Part shown: positions 38,601-51,042 of the stretch, piece by piece
Position numbering within the stretch: position 1 is the stretch's first letter
Layout: every line of letters begins with the position of its first letter
NCBI GenBank assembly: GCA_023920165.1
Contig: CP089281.1
Location: 372,001-436,000 of the forward strand
Source of the DNA: Curvularia clavata
Lineage: Eukaryota
DNA length: 64,000 nt
Direction: 5' to 3'
Program-made: the position numbers and the translations under genes
The notes under the pieces: model-generated
The model's input: only the letters and a program-made list of their open reading frames with translations
The model's database searches: none
Told to the model about the DNA's origin: nothing

Positions 38601-39856
38601 GATTTTTTAATAGTAGTACTTATAAATTTTATTTTAAATTTAGTAAAAGTTTCTTTTTTATTTATAAGTAAGTAGTAGAAAATAGTATGGCTTTCTACTT
38701 ACTTATTGCTAAATATAAAATATAATTTTAGAGTAGTTATTATATTTTTAGCGTTTGAGAACTGGTCCTCTACTAAATTAGCTAGATACTATAGTTCTAG
38801 ATATTTTAGCGATATTTATAGTATATCTCTAGACTAGAGTTATATATACGTATTTACTTTAATAATAGTCTATATTAATTATTAAGTAGTCTTCTATTAA
38901 TATTTGCTATTAGCGGAATATAGATTCTATTCTATTACTAAAATTATTAATAAAAAAGATATATTCTATAAGTTTAATATATAGTAGATTTAGAGTTACT
39001 AACTAATATTTTCTAAATTAAGTTATAGTTAGTTTAGCGATAGTTAGTAGTAATTTAGTAGAAAAGAGAAATTAATTTAGGGCTATAGTATTTTAGCGGG
39101 ATAGCTATATAATTTATTTATTTAGTCTATTAATCTCTATTTAAAGGAGGCTAGTCTTATTCTCTTCTAAATTCTCTTTCTCTTTAATAGCTAGTAGTTT
39201 ACTAGGCATCTTCTCTCTTAACTTTAAATTTTAGAAGTATAGTAACTTTCTAGAAAGCTCTTCTAAGCTAGATAGAGTTAAATTAGCTATTAATAGTTAT
39301 TTTTATAGCTAATAGATTTTTAGTAGTTTCTAAGTCTCTATTCTAGTGTAATCTACGCGACTTTTCTAAAGTTAATTTAACTATAATTAGTATAGAAGGT
39401 CTAAATCTAAAAGCTTTAGTTAGTGGGAGATTAAAAGGATTCTATCTATATATAAACATAGAACGTAATAGTATAAAGTATCTAAAGTAGTTTTAGAGAG
39501 ACTTAGACTTAGATATAGTTTTAATAAATAAGCTATAATATTATTTTAAAGACTATTACTAGCTAGAATAAGATTTTTAATATAATATAATAGTATAAGT
39601 AAGACTAGTTAAATTAGTTTTAGTAGAAAGTATTACTTAAATATATATAGAAGTGCGTAGAATAGTAGAAATATTTAAGATTTAGTAGATACTTATAGAT
39701 CTAGTATAAAATGATATTAAAAATCTACTAAATATTTATAGAAGGTATCTGGTACTTATATCTAGGTGCAGGTCTTTATTAGGTCTGACCCGGCTCTCAA
39801 TTGGATCTTGATAAGCTGCCCTGGCTGGGGTATGTTTTGGTCTATGTATGGTTATA
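32667..39856 (-). mobile_element. Full-length Ty3/gypsy chromovirus, copy A (7190 bp), RIP-inactivated
   Basis: LTRs 32667-32937 and 39586-39856; TSD ATAAA on both sides; PPT complement ttacctcccct at 32938; RT YLD(D)IL relic near 36685; chromodomain relic about 34300-34440. Confidence 0.93.
33423..33997 (+). pseudogene. RIP-mutated antisense accessory ORF of the chromovirus (copy A); Cys-rich N-terminus, coiled-coil C-terminus
   Basis: Indel-free frame over two exons (intron 33591-33643); all internal stops are TAA/TAG, reversible to CAA/CAG. Confidence 0.6.
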
Positions 39857-39861
39857 ATAAA

Positions 39862-42011
39862 ATCTCTCTAGCTTCGGCCTTTTGTAAGACATTTTAAGGA
39901 ACACTTTAGGTATTATTTTTGATATTTAAATGAAACTTAATAAATATAGTTTAGATCTAGCCTCTATAATACTATATTAGTATATTATCTAACCTTTCTC
40001 TTACGTCTACAATTTTGATATCTTCTATCTTTATATTACTATCTCTATCTATATATTACGATCTAAGAAAAGAGGCACATATAAAATATATCGTAATAAT
40101 ACTAAATATAATTACGTCTAGCGATAGTTATTAGTTTAGAAGATCTAATCTAAAATACTATACTATAAATCTTCCTACTATACTATAGTTATATAACTAC
40201 TTAGTAATAAGTAAGTACTTACTACTAAGTAGAATCTATAATACTTGATACTAAATCTAGATAGCTAATTGTAATTAAAAAATAGACTAATTAGAGATAC
40301 TTAGTAATAAATAGTAAAGTATTTAATAATAAGTAAGCTATACTTTTTAGTATATAGTAATAGATGTTAAACTCTTATAGCTTAATATTTTTAATTTAAG
40401 TTATAAATATTAATATAATATATAAGTTATTTATAGAAATATTGATAATATGCTATCATTTTATTTATAAAAACTAATTTAACAAGATGTTAATACTAGA
40501 AGTTTTATATTATTTCTATTTAAAGTTCTACTCTTGATACTTTAAATATCTTTATGATAAGTAACATTACTATATATACTTTTGATATTTTCTAAACTAG
40601 AAAATCTACTATCTATAAATATAAATCTAATTTATACTATAGAAAATAGAAAAAGTTTAAAGCTTGTCCCTTCTAGATTGATTAGTATTTCTATCTTAGA
40701 AAAAATAAAAAATTAATAATACTAAAAAGTAAATTAACTCTATTATTAAATAATATATAGATAGTTCTATCTGAAATACTAATAATATAGCCTTAATTAA
40801 GAATTATAATACCTTTAAAACTAAAATATAATAAAACTTTTTACTATTCAAAAGATTTGTTATTAGAAGATAAAAGATTTAAGAATTTTACTAGATATAG
40901 TCTACTACTAAATATAGTATTTTATTTTAGTAGTATACTATAGTTATAGAATAAAATAAGAATACTCTTATATATATATATAAGTCAGATTTTAAATCTG
41001 TTATATATAAAAAATTTATATAAAATAGAGCTAATATTAATAAATAAGAAAAACATATTAAGAAATCTATTAAACTAGATAATAAACTTTATAAAATTTT
41101 ATTAGAGAAATGACTATTTAGTAAAAAGATATATAACTAGAACTATATAAATAAATAGCCTAAAAAGCATAGTTATTAACATACTTACTCTAATCAGAGA
41201 TACTAATAAAACTATATACTTAAAACTCTAAGAGTCTACTTTAAATATAGTATAGAACTAATATATCTTGATAATATGAATAAAAATAATAGAACTACAT
41301 AATGGATTTGGTAAAAAACTATTTGAAAGTAAGAAGAGATTTAACTATTATATCTATAGTAAAGAAGGCTGGATAGTTTAGGACTATAAAAGTAAAAATA
41401 CTAATAAAATTCAATAATGGCTTAGTAGACTATAAAAGAATCTAGAACTAAATAATAATAAGGGATGGAATATTATTATACTAGCTATAATCTAATACTA
41501 TTCAGACAACGATGGACTCATTAAAGAACTTAAAAATATTACTATCACTATATTAAAAGATAAAATTAAAGCTAAAAAAGTAATAAAGGATATGAAATAC
41601 TAAGAGAGAAGAAGAGATTTTTTACAAGTGAGTATAAAAAATAGCTAAATTTAAAAAGAAATACTAAATAGCTACTTTATACAATAATAACGTTTTACTA
41701 GATATTCTATATCTAACATATAACCTAGAAGACGTAGAACTATAGATAGATAGATTATTTATTTATTTCTGTTTTTATTTCTTATAACTGGCTCGACTAT
41801 AGCGATTGGATAATATTAAAAAGTAGTTTTAAAATAAAGGTAGGCCGCCCCTTAGTCTACTAAAATTCAAAAAAATAAAAGAAAACTGTATCTAAGAGGA
41901 GATTTAAATATAAGATTTTAAACTTCCATATTTTAAACTTTTATATTTTTAGCTATATATAATATATCTAATTTGCTTTGGCTTTTTATAGAATATTTTA
42001 TAAAATATCTT
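39862..42011. mobile_element. Unclassified, heavily RIP-mutated repeat
   Basis: RIP composition; start resembles 27376-27570; end resembles 63505-63710; no domain recognised. Confidence 0.5.
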
Positions 42012-43475
42012 ATAAATATAACCATATATAGACTAAAATTTACCCTAGCTAGAGCAGCTTATTAAAATCTAATAAAGAACCAGATTAGATCTAATAAAGA
42101 CCTATATCTAGATATAAGTACTAGATACTTTTTATAAATGTTTAGTAGATATTTAATATTCTTTTATACTAGATCTATAAATATCTACTAAATTTAAACT
42201 ATTTTTATTATCTTACGTACTTCTATATATATCTAAGTAATACTTTCTACTAAAACTAATTTAACTAGTCGTACTTATACTATTATATTGTATTAAAAAA
42301 TTTATTTTAGCTAGTAATAGTTTTTAAAATGATATTGTAGCTTATTTATCAAGACCATATTTAAGTCTAAGTCTATTTAAAACTACTCTAAATACTTTAT
42401 ACTATTATATTTCAAATTTATATATAAATAGAATTTTTTTAATTTTCTACTAACTAAGATTTTTAGATTTAGATCTTCTATACTAATTATAATTAGATTA
42501 ATTTTAGAAAGGGTATATAGATTACGCTAAAAAAGAGACTTAAAAACTACTAAAAATTCATTAGCTAGAAAGATAACTATTAATAGCTAACCAAACTCTA
42601 TCTAGCTTAAACAAGACTTCTAGAAAATTATTATGCTTTCAAAATTTAAAGTTAAGAAGGAAAATATCTAGTAAACTACTAGCTATTAAAGAAAAAGAAA
42701 ATATAAAAGAGAATAAGACTAGTATTTTTTAAGTAGAATTTAATAAACTAAATATATAAATTATATAGCTATTCTACTAAAATACTATAGCTTTAAATTA
42801 ATCTCTTTTTTCTACCAAATTACTACTAACTATTACTAAACTAAGTAAAACTAAATTTAAAAGATACTAGTTAGTAATTCTAAATCTGCTATATATTTAG
42901 TCTATAGAATATATCTCTTCTATTAATAACTTTAGTAATAGAATAGAATTAATATTCTATTAATAGTAAATATCAATAGAAAACTACTTAATAATTAATA
43001 TAAACTATTATCAGAATAAAAATATATATATAGATTTAGTCTAGATATATACTATAGATATTACTCAAGAATATCTAAAACTATAGTATCTAGCTAATTT
43101 AGTAGAGAACTAGTTCTAAAATACTAAAAATATAATAGCTACTTAAAAATTATACTTTATATCTAGTAATAAGTAAGTTAAAAGCTTTACTACTTTTTAC
43201 TATCTATTTATAAGTAAAAAAGAAACTTTTATTAAATTCAAAAAAAAAATATATAAGTACTACTATTAAAAAATCTATGTCAAAGTTAGAGTAGTTTTTG
43301 TATTTATGAGAAAAGAATTATCTTTATTTTATATATTCTAAATTTAGAATTAAAATATTAGTAGAATAATTCCGTTGATAAAGTAATATAATATCTTACT
43401 ATCTTTAATATCAAATAAAGAAATACTTTTTTTAGATATAATTTATAATCTACTTTTAATAATTCTTATACTCTA

Positions 43476-45584
43476 CAGTGGGGTGACACGAAAAAAGATC
43501 ACAAGGAAAAATAGCATTTTTCACTAGGCTATATCTTAGCTAATAAAATAGCTAAAAATATAACAGCTTAAGATTTGTATAGAGAATTACCAGCTCTTCT
43601 AGTCTATAATCTAAAAAAAAGTTTAGTAAGTAAATAGCTCTTATAAAACAAAGCTAAACTAGTGAGAAAAAAAATCGTCAACTTTACACGTATTTTTCGC
43701 GCTGAGATCTTGCAATTTATATAGCTATCTATATATAGATATATACTATTAGTATATATATATAATATATATTTTTTATAGCTATAGTTATTTATCTAAA
43801 TTAGAAGATATATATATAACTTATATTTTAGTAAATATATAAGATAATAATAGTAAATTACTATCTAATATTTTGTATACCAGCCCTTAGCTTCCACTAC
43901 TCTATTATAGCGTTTGGGCATAGATAAAATACAGCTATCTATGTCTTTTTGTGGTATTTTATGCCACTCTTGGTGAATAGCTGTAAAAAACGTATTTATA
44001 CTAGTCTCACTAGCGCCAGTGCCAAGACTAGAGCTTGGCAGCTTAGTAAGCCGATTTTTAAGTAAGCTCCATACGTTTTCTGTTGGATTTAGATCTGGGC
44101 TATACGCTGGATGGTCGAAAAGTGTAATCTTATCGCGCTTAAACCAGTCTAAAACGTTTCTAGCTTTGTGGATTGTTGCGTTATCTTGTTGGAATTTCCA
44201 GCCTAAATAGATATGGATTAGCTAACTATAACTGTATAGTTAGACTTATATATATATATTTATATATTTAGATATATATATATATATAAGTAAAAATATA
44301 TAGCAGAACTTACCGCGTTTTATATTCGGTTTTATATATGGTATTAGACATTTTCTAATATAGTGGTGATTTCGATGTTTTACTACGCTATTTGGCGTTT
44401 TAATAACCACTAGATCGGATCTGCCACCTATCCAAATAGCTCCCCAAACTTGGATAGTTATATCATGGGCTAAAAATTGGCTTAGTCAGCTAGATATATA
44501 AATTATAATATATATATATAGTTATAAATATATATAACTATATTTTGGCTTATTAGAAATATTTTTAAACGTACTTGTATTTTTAGTAGAGTATATTTTT
44601 GGATTTTGGTGGTATTTTGGCCTATTTCGAGAAAATTCGGCTCGAGAGCCATATCCACGCTGGATTCCAGACTCGTCAGAAAATATAATCTTGTTAAAGT
44701 TAATATTACTAAACTTTTTAAGCGTAGTTTAAGCGTACAATAGCCGTTTTTTAGCTTTTTTAGCGTTTAAAATTAGCTTTTTTTAACTAGTTGTTATAGT
44801 CCAACCCTCAGCTTTTAAAACTCTTTGAAGAGTTCTATTAGATATTTCTAGATTATTTTCGTTTAATAATCTATTTTTTTGCTTTTTTAGACTTCGCGTT
44901 ATATCTCTATTTAACGCTCTTATAGCTCTAGTAGTTGTCTTTGGTATTCTGCCTAAACTAGCTCTTTTTGGCTCACTAATAGTCTTATATTTTCGTTTTA
45001 TTCGAGCTATAGCGTTATATATAGACCGTGGATTTTTTTGAAAGTAATTAATTATATTTTTTATAGGTGTATTAGCGTCTAAAAACGCTTTGATTTGGCG
45101 TTCGAAATTCGACAGTTGTGGCTCCATTGTGTGGGGAATACAGTTTTAAGTTGCTAGAAATGAAAAGCTATAGTTATATACTAGTTGATTACTAATGGCT
45201 GACTAAGCTAGTGCTTATGTAAGCTAGTGCCAAAATTTCAAATCTCATATAGCTATTTAACTAGATAGACAACTATAGCTTAAAGCTATATATATTATAT
45301 ATAAATACTAATAGTATATATCTATATATAGATAGCTATATAAAATAACAAATATCAGCGCGAAAAATACGTGCAAAGTTGACGTTTTTTTTTCTCTCTA
45401 GTTCAGCATTTCTTTCTAAGAGCTATATACTTACTAAGCTTCTTTTTAGATTATAGACTGGAAGAGCTGGTAATTCTCTATACAAATCTTAAGCTTTTAT
45501 GTTTTTAGCTATTTTATTAGCTAAGATATAGCCTAGTGAAAAATGCTATTTTTCCTTGTGATCTTTTTTCGTGTCACCCCACTG
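43476..45584 (-). mobile_element. Tc1-like DD34E DNA transposon, copy 1 (2109 bp), long TIRs
   Basis: CAGTGGGGTGAC...GTCACCCCACTG ends; imperfect TIR about 325 bp; CTCTA on both flanks. Confidence 0.93.
43865..45127 (-). pseudogene. Tc1 transposase, 3 exons, 348 aa when spliced, with premature TAA stops
   Basis: FSDES, VWGAIW, FQQDNA-34aa-SPDLNPTENVW, GWYTKY*; introns 44574-44470 and 44313-44203. Confidence 0.88.
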
Positions 45585-48500
45585 CTCTATTAATAAATCT
45601 TTAAATTAGTTAATATTAAAACTACTATCTAAATACTTGTAGAGTCTAATTTAAACTAGTTTTAATCTAACTTTATATTTATTTTAATATTTCTAGATTT
45701 TTTTTAAAGATCTCTATACTAGATAGTAAATAGACTACTAGTGGTCACTATAACTATAGAAAATTTGAATATTATATACATAAGTACTCTATTCTTGAAA
45801 TTTAAAACATTAAAGTAGAAAAAGAAGAATTTAAAAAAGTATATAAATACTGATTAACAAAAGACTCAATAGAAAATTATTAAATTTAAGAAAACTTTCT
45901 ATTTTAGAAATAAATAAGTATAATTTAGCTAAAATTAATTACTAGTATTTATTTAAAGAATAATACTTTCCCGTCTCTAGTATTCTTTATTTAAATAGAT
46001 CCAATATTAGCTTTTACTTTTTAGTTAATACTAGAGTTTAAGATTTTCAATTTTTAAATTCTATTATTACTTATACTTTTTCTAGCTTTCTTTAGATTTC
46101 TATCTAAAGATTTTTCTTTAAAATTATAGTTAAAAGATTTTAAAACTAAGTTGAAATCAGAGTAGATAAATATATATAGTTATATATTTAAATTAATAGA
46201 AGAAGGATTTATAACTGTTTTTTTATGATTATAAGTCTAAAATGTAAAACTTTATAATTAGAATTGAATAGCTAAAATATTTCTAATTTGAACTTAATAT
46301 AAGCTAGAACTAAATCATATAGCTAGCTAAGTATTTTTTAATATATAATTTTACGCCTTCTATTCTTATATAGTTAAAATAATCTTTTATTAATACTAGT
46401 ATATAATAAAATATATAGAGATAAGATATGCTATAGGGAAAAAATAACTACTAGAAATAATTTATCCTTATAAAGCTCTTAAATAAGAATTTAGAGAATA
46501 CTTTCAACTTTCTAAAGCTTATCTACTACTATCTATTTCTAACTCTACTCTAGACTCTATTTGATTAATAATTCTACTCTACATTACTATTATCTTTGTA
46601 AAAACTTTCTATTATTCTTTAAAATAGAAAAAACATAAGTCTTTTATAATAAATATTTATAAAACTAACAATATTCTAGAAGAGTGTATATAGTTAGATA
46701 ATTTTCAAAATACTAAACTTATTTAGAACTAACTTCTATCTACTTACTATTTATACTATAATATTTTTAGTAAAATAGTAGTAAAGCTACTACTCAAATA
46801 TTACCTCGATAATTATAAAATTATACTAATTAAATTTTATCTAAATCAATTTAACCTTCTATATAAGTAGAGTACTAAAAAACTCAAAGTTACTAAAATA
46901 TTTATAATAAAAAACTTTAGAAAAGAATATATTGATTTGAGTAACTATTTCTTTGCTTTACAATTTTTTTATATTTAGAAACTAAATAGAAATATTTATA
47001 TTTATATAGATTATCGCTAACTTAATATAATTACTAGAAAGATTGCGTATCTAATACTATGTATTAATAATCTTTTAGTCTATACTTATAAAATAAAAAT
47101 CTATACTAAACTTAATATATGTATAGTATTTAATAGAATCTAAATATATTTATATTTAGAGAAGTATACTACGTTTTATACTGGATATAGAATCCATAAG
47201 TTTAAAAAATCTTCTTTCAAATTATATAATAGTTTTATAATATATTAATGCTATATAAATAATATATTAATTAATTATCTGGATAGCTTTTCTATAGTTT
47301 ATTGAGATGATATTTTAATCTATTTTAAATTAAAACAAGACTATCTCTACTATATATAATAGATTCTAGAGAGGCTTATATGAATAGATTTTTAAATTAA
47401 TATTAAGAAGAGCGCATTCTATATTATTTAGACTAAATATCTAAAGTATATTTTAATTAACTAAAATCTAGAAATAGACTCTAATAAAGTAGAAGCTCTT
47501 TAAAATTAGATCTGATGTACTACTATTACTAATATAAAGTTATTTCAGAATTTTTTTAATTTTATAAATAGTTTATTTCTAAATACTTATAAATTATAAA
47601 ATTTCTTTTTACTTTTTAAAGTCTTTTAAAATTATTTATATAGAATTCAGAATACAACTAAGCTTTTAAAAAACTAAAATCTATACTACTAGTAATTTCT
47701 ATTTTATACTACTACTATCTAGAGTATAATACTAAATTAAGATTAATATATCTATTAGTATTATAGTAGATATTTTTTATTAAAGTAGCTAGATAGAACT
47801 TAGTATTTTATAGTATTCTTTAGTAAGATTCTATTTGAATTAGAGCTAAACTAGAAAATATATGATAAAGAACTATTTATCATTATAATAGTATTTAGTA
47901 AATAGTAATCTAAACTACTATTAGTACGTTTTTATATTAATATATACTTAGACTACGGTTTTTGAAATATTTTATAATTACTAAAATTTTAAATATCTAT
48001 TAGATATAATAGATGGAAAATAAGTATTTTTTAATTTCTATATCTAATATGTTTATAGAAAAAATAATATTTATACTGATATTTTTTTCTAATAGAAGTA
48101 AGATATAGGAAATCGAGGGATAGTCAAAATTGATAATTATTTATTAGTCTATCTAGAACTATGATAACTTAATAACTAGATTACTTTTAAATTTACTAAG
48201 ATCTATATAGTCTTACTCTAAATGACATTTTTTTTATCTATATTTAAGTCTATATTAAAACTAATTTTTTTTAATTTATTAGAGCTAATTAAGTCTATTG
48301 TATAAATGAACTAAACTTTATTTAAAGTAGAGTGAAGACTCTTTTTAGATAGATACTAGAATAAAAATTAATTTCTACTCTATCCTAAGTATCTATATAT
48401 TTTTTCTATCTTTATTTTTATATATTGTTTTATTTAGAAAGTATATAACTAAGTTTTTTTAGTATACTTTGGTATAAAGAAGACCTACTAGCTACTATTC

Positions 48501-48933
48501 TAGAAGTACTACTAGAAGAATATAGAATCTATCTATAATAGGTATATATAGAATTATATTATCTATAAAAAGATATATCTTAAATGGATTCAAACTTTAA
48601 AAATAAAATATTTTCTACTAATTTCCTACTAGCTAATATAGTATATATATATTTAGTTTAAGAGTTTTTTCTAAAACTAATTTAGTTATAATATAATTAT
48701 AGTAATAATTAACTAGTTATCTAAGTAGACTATTTCTATTCTCTACTATAAAACTATTAATATAAGAGAAATAGCTAACCTATTTATTTGATATATATAC
48801 TAATTTAGCTATATACTTAAAATTATAGTCTCTAACTAAGAATTATAGTTTATTTTAAGCTTTTAGTTAGAATTCTATCAAATCTTAAATGTTAAAGTTA
48901 AGCTATTAACTATTTACTATAAAAAAATAAATA

Positions 48934-51042
48934 CAGAGGGGTGACAAAAAGAAAGACCAATCAAAAAGGTAGCAGTTTTAGAACGAGTATAACTCGGCCG
49001 ATAGGATAGCTAAAAATATAGAATATACTGTTTTATGTAGGGATTATTCAGCAGTTTAAGTCTAGGATTTTAAATATAGCTTAGTCAGCATAGAAGAAAT
49101 ATAGTAAACTTTTAAAATAGAGTAAAGAAAAAACGCAAAATAAAAGCTACTTTCTCGCGCTTAAATATTTGAGTATTCATTGTTTTTAGTAAATATATAT
49201 AATATAACCATATATATATATAATATATATTTTTTACACCAATAGCTATCTATCTAAATTGTTAGATATATATATAAGTTATATTTTAGTATTTATATTA
49301 GATAATAACTATAAAGTACTATCTAATATTTAGTATACCAGCCCTGAGCTTCGACTACCCTATTATAGCGTCTTGGCATAGATAAAATACAGTTATCTAT
49401 ATCTTTTTGTAGTATTTTATACCACTCTTGGTAAATAGCTGTAATAACCGTATTTATACTAGTCTCACTAGCGCCAGTGCCAAGACTAGAGCTTGGCAGC
49501 TTAGTAAGCCGATTTTTAAGTAAGCTCCATACGTTTTCTGTTGGATTTAGATCTGGGCTATACGCTGGATGGTCGAAAAGTGTAATCTTATCGCGCTTAA
49601 ACCAGTCTAAAACGTTTCTAGCTTTGTGGATTGTTGCGTTATCTTGTTGGAATTTCCAGCCTAAATAGATATGGATTAGCTAACTATAACTGTATAGTTA
49701 GACTTATATATATATATTTATATATTTAGATATATATATATATATAAGTAAAAATATATAGCAGAACTTACCGCGTTTTATATTCGGTTTTATATATGGT
49801 ATTAGACATTTTCTAATATAGTGGTGATTTCGATGTTTTACTACGCTATTTGGCGTTTTAATAACCACTAGATCGGATCTGCCACCTATCCAAATAGCTC
49901 CCCAAACTTGGATAGTTATATCATGGGCTAAAAATTGGCTTAGTCAGCTAGATATATTAAATACAAAATATATATATAGTTATATATATATATAACTATA
50001 ATTTGGCTTATTAGAAATATTTTTAAACGTACTTGTATTCTTTGTAGAGTATATTTTTGGATTTTGGTGATACTTTGGCCTATTTCGAGAAAATTCGGCT
50101 CGAGATCCATATCCACGCTGGATTCCAGACTCGTCTGAAAATATAATCTTTTTAAAATCTATATTAGTAAGCTTTTTAAGCTTATCTTTTGCGTAAAGTA
50201 GCCATTTTTTAGCTTTTTTCTCGTTTAAAATCGGCTTTTTTTGACTTGTTGTTATAGTCTAGCCTTCTGCTTTTAAAACTCTTTGAAGAGTTCTACTAGA
50301 TATTTCTAGATTATTTTCGTTTAATAATCTATTTTTTAGCTTTTTTGGACTTCGTGTTATATCTCTATTTAGAGCTCTTATAGCTCTAGAAGATGTCTTT
50401 GGAATTCTGCCTAGACTAGCTCTTTTTTGCTTACTAATATTAGATTTTTTCTTTTTAATCCGTTTAATAGCGTTATGTATTGACTGTGGCGGTTTTTAAA
50501 AATAGTTAATGATATTTTTTATAGAAGTATTTGCGTCTAGAAATGCGTTAACTTGACGTTCAAAATCTGAATATTTGGGCTCCATAATGTGGGAAATACA
50601 GTTTTAAGTTGCTAGAAATGGAAAGCTCTAGATATATACTAGTTGATTACTAATAGCTGACTAAGCGGCTGCTTATATAAGCTAGTGCTAAAATCTTAAA
50701 TTTTATATCGCTGTTTTATTAGATAGACAACTATAGCTATATAAGATATATATAAAATATATAGATGGATAGTCTCTATCCATGTATAGATAATCATAAA
50801 AACTACAAAACCTAAGCGCGAAAAATACGTGTAAAGTTGACGTTTTTTTTTCTCTCTACTTTAGTCTTTTTTTACGAAGACTTGATGCTGACTAAGCCAG
50901 ATTTTAAATCCTAGTCTCAAACTACTAACTAATCTCTATACAATATACTAGCTACTTAACTTTTAGCTATTTTATTAGCTGAGTTATATAAGTTTCAAAA
51001 TTGCTACTTTTTTGATTGGTCTTTCTTTTTGTCACCCCACTG
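48934..51042 (-). mobile_element. Tc1-like DD34E transposon, copy 2 (2109 bp), divergent TIRs
   Basis: CAGAGGGGTGAC...GTCACCCCACTG ends; same layout as copy 1 at offset +5458. Confidence 0.92.
49323..50585 (-). pseudogene. Tc1 transposase copy 2, 3 exons, with RIP-type stops
   Basis: Same motifs; introns 50032-49928 and 49771-49661; CAA>TAA and TGG>TAG stops at different sites from copy 1. Confidence 0.87.

Larger units (their letters stand above)
42017..48933 (+). mobile_element. Chromovirus copy B: 5' LTR, gag-pol as far as integrase; 3'-truncated, with a nested Tc1
   Basis: 5' LTR 42017-42287; colinear with copy C; RT relic near 47300; homology stops at the second Tc1. Confidence 0.9.

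Noticed and set aside
42012..42016. ATAAA before copy B equals the copy A TSD
   Set aside because: Opposite orientation relative to the element and common in AT-rich DNA; likely coincidence.
44019..44210. Identical 63-aa plus-strand ORFs here and at 49477-49668
   Set aside because: Antisense shadow of Tc1 transposase exon 3.
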